Source of the DNA: Pelagomonas calceolata
Lineage: Eukaryota
Direction of reading: 5' to 3'
Assembly: GCA_918797485.1 (NCBI GenBank)
Contig: CAKKNE010000002.1
Coordinates: 2,232,001 to 2,296,000 of the forward strand
DNA length: 64,000 bases
In this document: piece by piece, positions 54,075 through 64,000 of the stretch
How positions within the stretch are numbered: the stretch's first letter is position 1
Layout: each line of letters begins with the position of its first letter
Position numbers and translations under genes: made by a program
Notes under the pieces: model-generated
Seen by the model: only the letters and a program-made list of their open reading frames with translations
What the model was told of the DNA's origin: nothing
Database searches by the model: none

Positions 54075-56438
54075 ATGGCCGACAACAACAACGACGACCG
54101 CCGCCGGCGCCACCTGCGCCGCGCCCTCAAGCAGGCCGCGCAAGCGGCGCCGGGCGGCCGGCGTTCGAACGAGGGGCCGGCCGAGGGCCCCGGCAGCCGC
54201 ACCCGGAGCCGCTCGGCGAGCGTCACGGACGACCAGAGCCGCTCGGCGAGCGTCGCGGACGAGCCCGCGCCGGCGGGCGAGCCCGCGTGCTTCCAGGTCC
54301 TCGAGAACGCGTCGGGCGTCGCCGCCGAGGTCGCCGCCGCCGCCGACGCGGCGAGCCTCGCGCAGCTCGGCGCCTCGTCCATGCGCGCGCGGGCCGCGGC
54401 CCTCGGCGCCTCGGCCCAGCTCGCGCGGCGGCGCCACGGCGTCGCGCTGCCCGAGATCGCGTGGACGACGGACGTCGCGCGCGACGGCCTCGCCCAGCGG
54501 CGCGTGGCCCTCGCGACGGGCGCGCCGGCGCCCGACGAGACGCCGCTGGAGCTCCTCCGGTTCCTCGAGGCGCGCGACGCGGCCGAGCAGCGCAAGGGCA
54601 AGATCTTCGCCGCCTTCTCGGCGCGGCACGCGGTCTTCGTCGACGGGCGGGGCGCGGCCTTCGCCTGCGGGCGCGCCGAGGACGGCCGCTGCGGCCTCGC
54701 GACGCCGGCCCTGGATCGGTGCGAGGCGGGCGGGTCCGGCGCGCTGCTCTCGCCGACGCCGCTGCGCATCGACGCGCGCGCCGCCTTCGAGCGCGGGGCC
54801 TCGCCGCCCGCGTCGCCGCCGCCGCGCGCGGCCGCGGCGCCGCCGTCGCCGCCGCCCGAGCCCGCGTCGCCGCGGCGCAAGGCGCGCCGCGGCGCCGACG
54901 GCCGCCCGGCCGAGGCGACGCCGACCTGGGGCCCGACGCCGCCGGCGCGCGGCGCCGCGGGCCGCGCCGGCGCGCTCGCGCCGCCCAAGCTCCGCGGCAG
55001 CGCGACGTACCGCGTCGACGTCGAGGACGCGGCGCCGCGGCGCCTCACCGCCGGCGCGCGCCGCTCGCCGCCGCGGCGCAAGACGCGCGCGCGCCGCCCG
55101 GCCGAGGTCACGGTGGAGCACGAGGACCGCGTCGTGGCCGTCGCCGCGGGCGCGGGCCACTCGATCGTGCTCAGCGCCGCGGGCGTGGCGTCCTGCTGCG
55201 GCCGCGGCGCGCCGCGGTCGCCGGCGCCGGCCCTCGCGCTCTCCTTCGACGACCTCGGCGGCTCGGACGACGACAGCGACGAGTCGGACGTGTCCTCCGT
55301 CTCGGACTCGGCCTCGTCCGGCGACGAGGCGCCGGCCCGCGCCTGGGTCGGCCGCACGCGGTCCGCGCGCGGCCGCGCGCCCATGAAGCGCGCGCGCAGC
55401 GCCGGGCGCTCGCCCTCGTCGGCGCGGTCGTCGCTCGCGTGGGCCGCGCCCGTCGCGGCCGTGCCCCGGGCCCTGGGCCTCGGCCCGCGCACGCGCATCG
55501 TCGTCGTCTCGGCCACGGCGAACCACGCCCTCTTCGTCACGGCGGGCGGCCGCGCGCTCTCGTCGGGCGTCGGCGCGTTCGGCCGCCTCGGCCACGGCGA
55601 CGAGGCCGACGCGCCGGCGCCGCGCCCCGTGCGCGCGCTGCGGCACGTGCGCGTCGTCGCGGCCGCGGCCGGCGCGGCGCACTCGCTCTTCGCGGCGGCG
55701 GGCGGCGACGTCTACGCGTGCGGCCAGGGCGAGGACGGGCGCCTCGGCCTCGGCCGGCCGCGCGACGAGGACCTTGGCGACGACGCGTCGTCCGACGACG
55801 CGACGACGCGCCTCCGTAGGGCGCCGCCGCGCCGCGCGTCGTCGGGCCGGCGCGCGCCGCCGCCCTCGGTCCTGCCGCGCGGCCGGACGGCGGACCGCGG
55901 CGGCGACGTGCTGGCCCCGCGCCGCCTGGCCCGCGTCGGCGGCGCGCGGGGCGTGCGCGACGTCGTCGCCGGCGCGCACCACTCGCTCCTCGTGACGCAC
56001 GCGGGCGGCGTGCTCTCGTGCGGCCACAACGCGGCCGGCCAGCTCGGCCACGGCTCGCAGCGGTCCTTCGCCCCGGAGCGCGTGCCCTTCCCGGGCGACG
56101 ACCGCACGGTCATCGTCGGCGCCGCCGCGGGCTACGCGCACAGCCTCTTCGTCGACGCGACCGGCCGCGCGTTCGCCTGCGGCTCGAACGCGCGCGGCGC
56201 GCTCGGCCTCGGCGACCACGTGGACTCGGCCTACCGCCCGGCGCGGACGCCGCCGCCCGGCTCGCGGGCCGCGCGCGCGCTCGGCGCCGTCGCGCGCGTC
56301 GCCGCGGGCGGCGCGTCGTCGGCCTTCCGTGCCGCCGCGGGCGACGGCGTCTTCGTCGTCGGCGCGAACACGGACGGCCAGCTCGGCCTGGGCCACTTCT
56401 CCGACGTCTACGTGCCGACGGCGCGCCCGCGGCTCTGA
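54075..56438 (+). CDS. RCC1-repeat protein
   Basis: Repeated AG.AHSL...G.V..CG....G.LG.G units. Confidence 0.85.
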   Translation: MADNNNDDRRRRHLRRALKQAAQAAPGGRRSNEGPAEGPGSRTRSRSASVTDDQSRSASVADEPAPAGEPACFQVLENASGVAAEVAAAADAASLAQLGASSMRARAAALGASAQLARRRHGVALPEIAWTTDVARDGLAQRRVALATGAPAPDETPLELLRFLEARDAAEQRKGKIFAAFSARHAVFVDGRGAAFACGRAEDGRCGLATPALDRCEAGGSGALLSPTPLRIDARAAFERGASPPASPPPRAAAAPPSPPPEPASPRRKARRGADGRPAEATPTWGPTPPARGAAGRAGALAPPKLRGSATYRVDVEDAAPRRLTAGARRSPPRRKTRARRPAEVTVEHEDRVVAVAAGAGHSIVLSAAGVASCCGRGAPRSPAPALALSFDDLGGSDDDSDESDVSSVSDSASSGDEAPARAWVGRTRSARGRAPMKRARSAGRSPSSARSSLAWAAPVAAVPRALGLGPRTRIVVVSATANHALFVTAGGRALSSGVGAFGRLGHGDEADAPAPRPVRALRHVRVVAAAAGAAHSLFAAAGGDVYACGQGEDGRLGLGRPRDEDLGDDASSDDATTRLRRAPPRRASSGRRAPPPSVLPRGRTADRGGDVLAPRRLARVGGARGVRDVVAGAHHSLLVTHAGGVLSCGHNAAGQLGHGSQRSFAPERVPFPGDDRTVIVGAAAGYAHSLFVDATGRAFACGSNARGALGLGDHVDSAYRPARTPPPGSRAARALGAVARVAAGGASSAFRAAAGDGVFVVGANTDGQLGLGHFSDVYVPTARPRL

Positions 56439-56520
56439 CCCCGCTCTCCTCTTGTTAGCGCCCCCACCCGGCTGCCACCGCCTAAGAGACTACTACGCAG
56501 TTCCCCATCAATGGTCTACT

Positions 56521-57232
56521 TCGACTGCGAACTCCTTATGAGCGCTGGGGAGAGAGGAAACGACACGCGGGGTAAGAGGACGATGTGGGGGTGAACAGTG
56601 CAGGAGGAACATGACGGCCCTGAAGAAGACCGTTCGGACCCGGAGGGGCGTGGAGCCCACGGGCCGGCCCGCCCGACGTGAGGTCGAGCTGGGGAAGGAG
56701 AGCACGAACGAACTCGTCCATCGGTCGGCTCGGCCGCGAGGAAGATCGCGAGCGCCTCCGTCTGCGCGGCCGGGGCCGTCGGGTCCCGCACGACCGGTTG
56801 CCGCGGCCGCGCTCGTGAGCACGTGTGAACGACGCTATGATTTCCGCGGCGCTGCTCTTGGCAGCACGCGACGCACGTCGGCTCGAACGGGAGCGGCGCG
56901 CGCGCTACGTCGGTCAGGATGTCGGCCATGCCCCAGGCCCGGCCTTCGCTGCTGGGCCCCCGCTCCACCCGGAAGGTGCAGCCGGTCCAGTCGTCGCGCG
57001 CCTCGTTCTTGTGGTTGTTCTCGTCCGTCGCCATGGTCCTCTGCGCCGCGCTTGCGCCGTAGACGGCCGCCGCCCCAGATCGTTCTGCGCTCTGCGATTT
57101 TTTTGATTCGCAAAGGGGCCTGGCGCCCCCCGGCCGGGTCCGCGGCGCGGGCGCGGCCCGGGAGGGCTCGGGGGCCTTGGGGGAGGCAATACTACGAAGT
57201 TTCTAGTCGCCGGAGGCGTCGGGGACCCGTCA
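56521..57232 (-). mobile_element. Repeat family copy D
   Basis: Both terminal blocks, plus about 185 bp of internal sequence not seen in copy A. Confidence 0.85.
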
Positions 57233-57313
57233 ACGCGCACGCGCGGGCGGCGGCCCCAAACCCATTACACGGCTCCATCGCCGCGACAGACGTCCGGCGC
57301 GCCAGGAAACAAA

Positions 57314-58903
57314 CTAGGCATTACTCACGCGGCTCTGGAAGTCCTCCCAGCCGTCCCGCCGCTCGCGCTCGGACATGTCCTTCGCCGTCGTCGAGTCCGC
57401 GGCCTTGGAGGACTTGAAGCCGGCGCCCGCGAACATAGCCATAACGTCATCCTTCTTGCTCCCGCCGCCCGAGAGCGCCGCGGCGGCCGCGGCCGCGGCC
57501 TGATCCCGCGCGGACCGCGGCACCATGCGCGGTGCCTGGCGCGCGGCGCGCGGGACCATCCCGGCCGGGGCGCGGGGCTGTCGACGCGGCGGCGGCGGCG
57601 CCCCGCCACCGCCCGCCGCCGCGTTCATGCGGAGCACCTCGCCCGGCGACGGCAGGCCCACGTGCTCGGCCGGCGCGGCCGGTGCGGCGCCGTCGTCGAA
57701 CGTGTACGACGTCGCGTAGCCGGGGGCCGTCACGTCCATCAGGTCGACCTGGCCGCGGTTGCCGCCGGCCTGGCGCTGGCCCAGGCACCGGGCCTTCATG
57801 TCGCGCCGCGCCTGGCCGACGAGGCCGTCCCAGGGGTTCCGCTTCTTCTGTTTCTGCCGCCCCTGGGTCGGCGGCGGCGGCGGCGGGGGGGCCTGGGGCG
57901 GCGGCGGCGCCTCGCCTCGCAGGCTCGCGAGGCGCGCGGCGACGTCGGGGGGCAGGCCCGCGTACGCGTCCTCGGCCGGCGGGTCGGCGGCGGCCGGCGG
58001 GGGCGGCGCGGCGGCGGCCGGCGGCGGCGCCCGGCCCCGCGGCGGCGGCGCGGCGCCCGGCGGCGCCCCGCCGTCTTCGAGGTAGTAGCCCGTGCGGCCG
58101 CGCCGCGTCGTGAAGACGTAGCCCGGGCGCGCGCCGAGGTAAGTGGCCGCGGCCACGAAGCGCTCGCGCGGCGGCGGCGGCCCGGGGTAGCGCCAGGTGG
58201 AGGCGCCGCGCGCCGCGTCGAAGAAGTAGTAGGCCCACGCGTCGACGTCCCAGGTCGCGACCCAGCCGGGCGGCACCTCGGGGCACGGCGGCTTGCGCTC
58301 GGCGGGCCGGTACTGGTCGGCGGGCTCGTCCCAGGTCGACTCGCCCGTCGCGTCGTTGTGGTAGTAGCGCGCGCCGGTTGCGGGGTCCTCCCACGCGGCC
58401 CACGGCAGCGTCGCCGCGACGCGCGGGTCGAGCGTCAGCTCCGCGAGGGGCCGCGTGACGCCGTCCTCCGAGACGTAGGCGAGGCACCGCTCGCTCCGCG
58501 GCGCGAAGCACCGCGGGCACTCGTAGCGGATGCGCTTGACCTCCTCCTGGCACTCGGCGCAGCGCCACGCGCCGACCTCGAATGTCCGCCCGGGGGCGAA
58601 CTGCGCGTCCGTGTCCGGATAGGCCGCGTCCGTGTCGGGGTAGGCTGCGTCGGTGTCCGGATAGGCGCCGTCGGTGTCCGGGTACGCGCCGTCCGTATTC
58701 GGGTAGGCGCCATCAGTGTTCGGGTACGCGGCGTCGGCGTCTGGGTAGGCGTCCGGGTAGGCCCCGTCGGTATTCGGGTAGGCCGGGCCGGCGGGCTCGT
58801 CGACCTGCTCGACGCGCGGGCCGGCGTAGTCCTGCGGCACCTCTACTTCGGCGTCCGAGTCGTCGTCGCTACTGCTGCCGCTGTAATCGATGAGGGCGTT
58901 CAT
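57314..58903 (-). CDS. WW-domain and zinc-finger protein with N-terminal heptapeptide repeats
   Basis: WRCAEC...CPRC, and two WW-like units (YYHNDATGESTWDEP, YYFFDAARGASTWRYP). Confidence 0.8.
   Translation of the reverse strand: MNALIDYSGSSSDDDSDAEVEVPQDYAGPRVEQVDEPAGPAYPNTDGAYPDAYPDADAAYPNTDGAYPNTDGAYPDTDGAYPDTDAAYPDTDAAYPDTDAQFAPGRTFEVGAWRCAECQEEVKRIRYECPRCFAPRSERCLAYVSEDGVTRPLAELTLDPRVAATLPWAAWEDPATGARYYHNDATGESTWDEPADQYRPAERKPPCPEVPPGWVATWDVDAWAYYFFDAARGASTWRYPGPPPPRERFVAAATYLGARPGYVFTTRRGRTGYYLEDGGAPPGAAPPPRGRAPPPAAAAPPPPAAADPPAEDAYAGLPPDVAARLASLRGEAPPPPQAPPPPPPPTQGRQKQKKRNPWDGLVGQARRDMKARCLGQRQAGGNRGQVDLMDVTAPGYATSYTFDDGAAPAAPAEHVGLPSPGEVLRMNAAAGGGGAPPPPRRQPRAPAGMVPRAARQAPRMVPRSARDQAAAAAAAALSGGGSKKDDVMAMFAGAGFKSSKAADSTTAKDMSERERRDGWEDFQSRVSNA
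58605..58785 (-). repeat. Coding 21-bp minisatellite, (D-G/A-A-Y-P-D/N-T)n
   Basis: About eight to nine units visible in both DNA and protein. Confidence 0.85.
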
Positions 58904-59231
58904 CGCTCCTGTCTGTGCGCAGCGCAGCAGACCGCTGAAAGACTGGTGTCCGAGGCGATCGCTATGTGGGCGCGCGCGTTGTTGAACAATGCAAATCGAG
59001 CAGCGTTACTGCTCAACCGCTGCTCGCGCCCGCGACGTGTGCCGCACGGGCTTTGAGCCTCACGAAATGCCTGCAGCTGAGCCAGCCTCTGCCAGCAAAG
59101 GCGCACAGCGCTTGGAAGGCTCCAAGCGAGCAGCTTGCCAAGCAATGCGATGAATCAATCGAGGAGAGCCGTGCGACAAACGTTCGACGCGTAACCGCAC
59201 GCTGGGGCAAAAACACGACTGCCAGGCCAGC

Positions 59232-60980
59232 ATGCTGCGGGTGGCCCTGGCGCGGCGACGCGTCGCGACAAAGGTCGTGGTCAGCGGCGGCGGCCCGGCG
59301 GGCCTCGTGACCGCGCTCGCGCTCGGCCGCGCCGGCACGCCGTGCGCGCTCGTCGAGCCGCGGACGGCGCCGTCGGCCCACCCGCGCGCGCACGTGCTGA
59401 CGGCGCGCACGCTGGAGATCTGCGAGGACCTGGGCCTCGGCGACGCCCTGCGGCAGATCGCGCCGCCGCTCGAGCGCTGGCGGCGGTTCCGCTACTGCGA
59501 CCGCGTCGACGGCGCCGACTACGCCGTCGCCGACCACGGCGCCGCGCCGGCCTGGGCGAACCTCGAGGCGGCGAGCGACCAGCGCGTGCAGCACATCTCG
59601 CAGCCCGTGTTCGAGGCGCTGCTGCGCCGGGCCGTGGCCGACGCGGACGTCGAGACGCGCTACGGCCGGCGCGTCGTCGACGTCGGCCTCGGTGGTGACG
59701 GCGTGGCCTGCGTCCTCGACGACGGCGCGACCCTCGGCGCGGAGTACCTCGTGGCAGCGGACGGCCCGCGCGGCGCCGCGGCGGGGGTCGTGCTCAATGC
59801 CGCCACGGATGCCGCGGACCGCGTGCCGGGCGTCGCGCACCACCTCGACGCGCCGGCCCTCCAGCACTTCGTGAGCGTCGCGTTCCGGTCGCGGGACCTC
59901 GCGGCGCGGCTCCGCGCGCGGCCGGCGATGCTCTACTTCGTCTTCAACCAGGAGACGACGTCGGTCGTCGTCGCCCACAATCTAGACGAGGGCCTCTTCA
60001 ACCTCCAGTTCCCCGTGTTCCCGCCCGCGGAGCGGCCCGGCGACGCCGCGGCGCCCCGGAATGTGCGGCGCGAGGTGCGCGCGCTGACGGCGACGCCCCT
60101 CGCCGATTTGAAGATCGAGAGCGCGCGGCCCTGGCTCATGCGCGCGCGCCTGGCGGACCGCTTCGCCCTCGACAGCCACAAGGCGTTCCTCGTCGGCGAC
60201 GCGGCGCACGAGATGCCGCCGAGCGGCGGCTTCGGCATGAACACGGCCGTGGGCGACGCGCACAACCTGGCCTGGAAGCTCGCCCGGGCGAGCGCCGGCG
60301 CCGCGAACGGTCGGGACCTGCTCGCGTCCTACGAGCGCGAGCGGCGGCCAGCCGCGGCGGCGAACGTCGCGCTGTCGGTCGATAATTGGAGGCGCGGTCT
60401 CCTGATACCGGAGGCGCTCGGCCTGCCGCCGCGGGCGTTGGACCTGGCCAAGGTCGCGGCGCCGACGAGCGCCGCGTTCAAGACGACGACGGCCGCCGCG
60501 CGCGCCGCGGTCCTCGCGCGCGCCGCGGCGCCGCACGGCGGCGTGACGGAGGTCGTCGCCGGGCGGCGCGAGCTGCCGCTGTTCTTCCCGCACCACGACC
60601 TCGGCCTCCGCTACGACGGCGCGTCCGCGCGCGCCGCGGCGGCCGACGCCGTGGAGCACGCGCGGCCGGGCTCGCGCGCCTACGAGCCGCGCCTCGCCGC
60701 GGGCGAGCGCCTGCCGGCGGCCTACGCGCTCGGGTCGCTCGACGCCGGGCGGTACGCGCTCGCCGTGATCGGCGCGGCCGACGACCTCGCGGCGGCGGCG
60801 GCTGAAGCGGCCGCGGACGACCGGCTCGCGGGCGTCCTCGACGTGCGGCCGGCGGGCGGCGCCGGCGGCCCGGCGCTCGCGCTCGTGCGGCCCGACCGCT
60901 ACGTCGCCGCAGTCTGGACCGGCGCCGCGGACGCGGACGCGCTGCGGCGGGACCTCCTGCGCTTGACGTTTTGTGTGTAA
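59232..60980 (+). CDS. FAD-dependent aromatic monooxygenase (FAD_binding_3 family)
   Basis: Motifs GGGPAG, VAADG, GDAAHEMPPSGGFGMNTAVGDAHNLAWKL and LVRPD. Confidence 0.9.
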   Translation: MLRVALARRRVATKVVVSGGGPAGLVTALALGRAGTPCALVEPRTAPSAHPRAHVLTARTLEICEDLGLGDALRQIAPPLERWRRFRYCDRVDGADYAVADHGAAPAWANLEAASDQRVQHISQPVFEALLRRAVADADVETRYGRRVVDVGLGGDGVACVLDDGATLGAEYLVAADGPRGAAAGVVLNAATDAADRVPGVAHHLDAPALQHFVSVAFRSRDLAARLRARPAMLYFVFNQETTSVVVAHNLDEGLFNLQFPVFPPAERPGDAAAPRNVRREVRALTATPLADLKIESARPWLMRARLADRFALDSHKAFLVGDAAHEMPPSGGFGMNTAVGDAHNLAWKLARASAGAANGRDLLASYERERRPAAAANVALSVDNWRRGLLIPEALGLPPRALDLAKVAAPTSAAFKTTTAAARAAVLARAAAPHGGVTEVVAGRRELPLFFPHHDLGLRYDGASARAAAADAVEHARPGSRAYEPRLAAGERLPAAYALGSLDAGRYALAVIGAADDLAAAAAEAAADDRLAGVLDVRPAGGAGGPALALVRPDRYVAAVWTGAADADALRRDLLRLTFCV

Positions 60981-61383
60981 TATTTATGCGTGTACTTTTT
61001 CCTCTCCTGGACCCACGCAACCGAAGGGGCCTACTTTAGCATGTGTGGTTGTTCTACCCGGCGCGAGGCCGCTAGCTCCCGAGAACAGAGGCCGCCGGTG
61101 GTAGCCGTTGCTCTTACTGGTGCTAGGACTAGTTGGCGACGAAGGCCCATCGGGAACACTGCGTCGCCAGGATCCCGCACGATAGGATCGATGATCGAGA
61201 GCGTCGCGCCGGAAACCGGGCGCCTCGAGCTCTGGCGACGAATTATCGCCCCGCACCACCGCAGGACGTCGGCCGCGACCGCAGCTCACGTCGCCTGCCC
61301 CCAGGAGCGGTGCAGCTTGCCTAGCCGCCGCGGCTGCGTGGGGCAGCCGATCGTCTCGGAGAGCAGCAGGCCTTGGACCGAGG

Positions 61384-61653
61384 ATGGCCGACAAATGGAC
61401 GGCGCCGCGGCCGGACGCGGACGAAGTGCCGTACTGGGGCGTGAACGACTCCTTCGAGGAGGAGGGCGACGACGCCGACGCCGACCTCGACGCCGACGGC
61501 CGCAAGAAGCTCACGGTGCGGCAGCAGTGCCTGCGCCTGTTCTCGCTGGTCATCTTCGTCGTCTTGTTCCCGTTCGTTGTTATCGCGCTCGGCGCCTACC
61601 GCGCCGCCTCCGTGGTCCGAGGGCTTTTGCGGCGGCGCCGCGTCGAGCGATGA
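61384..61653 (+). CDS. Small membrane protein
   Basis: 89-aa ORF with ATG start, one hydrophobic segment and GC3-rich codons. Confidence 0.55.
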   Translation: MADKWTAPRPDADEVPYWGVNDSFEEEGDDADADLDADGRKKLTVRQQCLRLFSLVIFVVLFPFVVIALGAYRAASVVRGLLRRRRVER

Positions 61654-61938
61654 TGGGGCGTAAGTGGGATCGTCGTTTTATGTAGTTGAGTGCATATTAT
61701 TGAAGTAAAACGGAAGTGGAGCGTGCCAAAACCTCGCTAGTGCCTCACCACTCTAGCTAAGGGAGCAGGCTAAGCCGAGCCACGAGCTGAAAGCACTTAG
61801 ACTGCCAGTTTTGCAGTGCCATTGTAGCGTAAGAGATTGCTGCTTGCTCGTTGCTGACAACTCGCTGCGCAGCACACCACCAGCAGTTTCGCTTCGCATT
61901 GGCACCCTGTGCACTCGCGGCGACGGCCGAACAAATCG

Positions 61939-62400
61939 ATGGCCGAGGCGCCGCGCTACCAGCGAGGAGAAAAGTCCTCCGCTGCGGCGCCGCGCGATGC
62001 GAAGCGGCAGCGCACACAGCCCTTCGCGGCGCAGACGTGCATGGCGTGCGACGGGCCTCTCGCGGCGTCGACGGCGCCGGACGCCAACGGGCTCCTCCTC
62101 TGCGGCCGGTGCGTCAAGTTCAACAACAACGCCAAGCCGCGCAAGCCGCGCGAGAAGGTGGTGCCGCCGCCGACGCGCAAGGAGGCGCTGGCCGAGTACT
62201 GGCTCGTCGCGCAGACGCTCGCCGACACGTCCGGCGCGGACGCCGACGCCGTCGCGCGCCTCGCTCCCGTCGAGAAGGTCGACGCGCTGCAGCGGGCCAT
62301 CGAGGGCTTGCCGACCGCGGGCCCTGCGCGGCGCCGGCGAAAGGGCACGCCAAGGAAGCGTCGGCACGACGGAACTCTCGAGCCGCCAGCGCCGAGCTGA
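61939..62400 (+). CDS. Hypothetical protein with two CxxC pairs
   Basis: CMAC...CGRC; coding-like codon usage. Confidence 0.6.
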   Translation: MAEAPRYQRGEKSSAAAPRDAKRQRTQPFAAQTCMACDGPLAASTAPDANGLLLCGRCVKFNNNAKPRKPREKVVPPPTRKEALAEYWLVAQTLADTSGADADAVARLAPVEKVDALQRAIEGLPTAGPARRRRKGTPRKRRHDGTLEPPAPS

Positions 62401-62620
62401 GGGCAGTTTTCTTCTGTGTGTGTAGTTTGTAAGAGGTGTAAATGCTAGCGCCTGTAAGACACTAGAGAGCTCTGGAGGCAGCGCTGCGCAGAGCTCCTTT
62501 GCAGTACATGTTAGCTCGCTTGGCATTCGCCGTATATGCTACTGAGTGCAAGATCTCCCACTCAGCACCTGGCTCAGCAGTAGCGAGCTGGCACTCTGCT
62601 GCAGTGCAAAATAGACAACA

Positions 62621-63139
62621 ATGAGCGCCTTCGGCATCGACTGGTTCGGCCTCGTCATTCCCGGCCGGCCGATCCTGGTCAACTTCGAAATGGTCGACCC
62701 GACGAAGTGCGCCGCGACGATCGAGCGGCCGGGCGACGTCGCCGAGATCTGCTTCTTCCTGACGCCGAGCGGCGCGCAGCTGCCGCCGGACAAGTGCGCG
62801 GTGCTCTACCTGTCGCTCGACGGCGCGGCGTGGACGCTGCTGGGCACGCTCTCGCTCGCGAAGCCCTCGGGCCTGTTCCGGCTGCCGAGCGACGACGCGC
62901 GGGCCCGCGCGCCGGCGGCGCGGCTCGGCGTCGCGCTCGAGCCCCTGGCGAGCGCGCGGGACCTCGACAGCGCGGCCTCGCAGACGTCGGACCGGCGCCT
63001 CTTCGCGCGCGCGATCGCGCGGGACCTCGGCGCGTTCGTCTCGTCGTTCGAGCGGCCGCCCGCGGACGTCGTGGACCGGTGGCTCCGGCGCTTCGACGAG
63101 AAGTACGCGCGCGACCCGTCGTACTTTCTCAAGGCGTAA
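62621..63139 (+). CDS. HIKESHI: Hikeshi/OPI10 family protein
   Basis: Motifs FGLVIPGRP, LGTLSLAKPSGLFR and WLRRFDEKYARDPSYF. Confidence 0.8.
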   Translation: MSAFGIDWFGLVIPGRPILVNFEMVDPTKCAATIERPGDVAEICFFLTPSGAQLPPDKCAVLYLSLDGAAWTLLGTLSLAKPSGLFRLPSDDARARAPAARLGVALEPLASARDLDSAASQTSDRRLFARAIARDLGAFVSSFERPPADVVDRWLRRFDEKYARDPSYFLKA

Positions 63140-63380
63140 TTTAGTATGTGGAATTTTCCTAGTGTGTCACCGCCGCTAGCTCGAGTTTTTGCGGTTTTGT
63201 GCGAGCCGCGCGAGGCGCTGGGGCAGTCCGTAGCCGCCTACGGTCTCGCCTCGACACGTCAGTCACCCGAGGCCCACGATATAGTTGTGAGAGAAGACGT
63301 GCATGCGCATCCACACGGCACGCACCTATCTCAGCATCCTAGCCTCGGCAGCGGCGAGCACCTGCAGCGCGGCCGATAAA

Positions 63381-64000
63381 ATGAAGGCTGGAGTCGTCTT
63401 CCTGCACGGCCTAGGCGACACGCCGGCCGGGTGGTCGGACCTCAAGCACCAGTTGGCGCGCTTCGACGCGCGCCTGAAAAGCCCGGAGATCGAATGGACC
63501 TTTCCGGCCGCGCCGACGATCCCTATAACGATCAACGGCGGCGCGACGATGCCGGGCTGGTTCGATCTCTTCGATTGGCCCATCGGCCCCGACGCGAAGG
63601 ACGACCGCGCGCGCGTGCTGCAGGGCGTCGAAGCCGTGAAGACGCAGATCGCGAAGCTCGAGGCCCGCGGCGTGGCGCCGGATCGTATCGTCGTCGGCGG
63701 CTTCTCGCAGGGCGGCGCGATCGCGCTCAACGCCGCCTACCGCCACGACAAGAAGCTCGGCGCCTGCGTGGCGCTGTCGGGCTGGCTCACGCTCAAGGAG
63801 GACTTCTCCGGCGACCTCGGCGCGGCGAAGGGGACGCCCCTCTTCTGGGGCCACGGCGTGCACGACGACAAGGTCCTCTTCCCGCACCAGAAGATCGGCG
63901 TGGACCTGCTCACGCAGCGCGGCGTCGCCGTCGACGCGTCGCAGTACGCGATGGGCCACGGCGCGCACCCCGACGAGATGGCGAAGCTGGCCAAGTTCGT
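63381..64000 (+). CDS. Phospholipase/carboxylesterase (acyl-protein thioesterase-like); runs off the right edge
   Basis: Manual translation gives FLHGLGD, MPGWFD, GGFSQGG and HG..D. Confidence 0.9.
   Translation, partial: MKAGVVFLHGLGDTPAGWSDLKHQLARFDARLKSPEIEWTFPAAPTIPITINGGATMPGWFDLFDWPIGPDAKDDRARVLQGVEAVKTQIAKLEARGVAPDRIVVGGFSQGGAIALNAAYRHDKKLGACVALSGWLTLKEDFSGDLGAAKGTPLFWGHGVHDDKVLFPHQKIGVDLLTQRGVAVDASQYAMGHGAHPDEMAKLAKF

Noticed and set aside
58605..58785. CRISPR-like array
   Set aside because: It is an in-frame coding minisatellite without unique spacers.

Overview
This is gene-dense, very GC-rich eukaryotic DNA with about 33 compact genes. The bipartite signal/transit-like N-termini and the introner-type introns point to a pelagophyte-like alga (Aureococcus/Pelagomonas type; inference). 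Recognisable genes include pyruvate carboxylase, glutamine synthetase II, a P-type H+-ATPase with an internal stop, an S46 peptidase, cysteine synthase, ESF1, a CAF-1 p150-like gene, an SF1 helicase, an FMN glutamate-synthase-like gene, SMN, METTL10/EFM4, a CDK20-like kinase and Hikeshi. Three non-genic layers stand out. (1) A dispersed repeat family occurs four times (about 4.2, 0.5, 1.1 and 0.7 kb), each time between convergent gene ends and in the same orientation. The longest copy hides a micro-exon gene whose spliced product looks like a GNAT acetyltransferase, and no transposase is recognisable. (2) At least six intact introner elements and two degenerate ones are present, with CTGTGTGGAAATCAA-type inverted ends and 8-bp target duplications. 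(3) A CTAG-flanked motif of about 22 nt recurs upstream of many genes.
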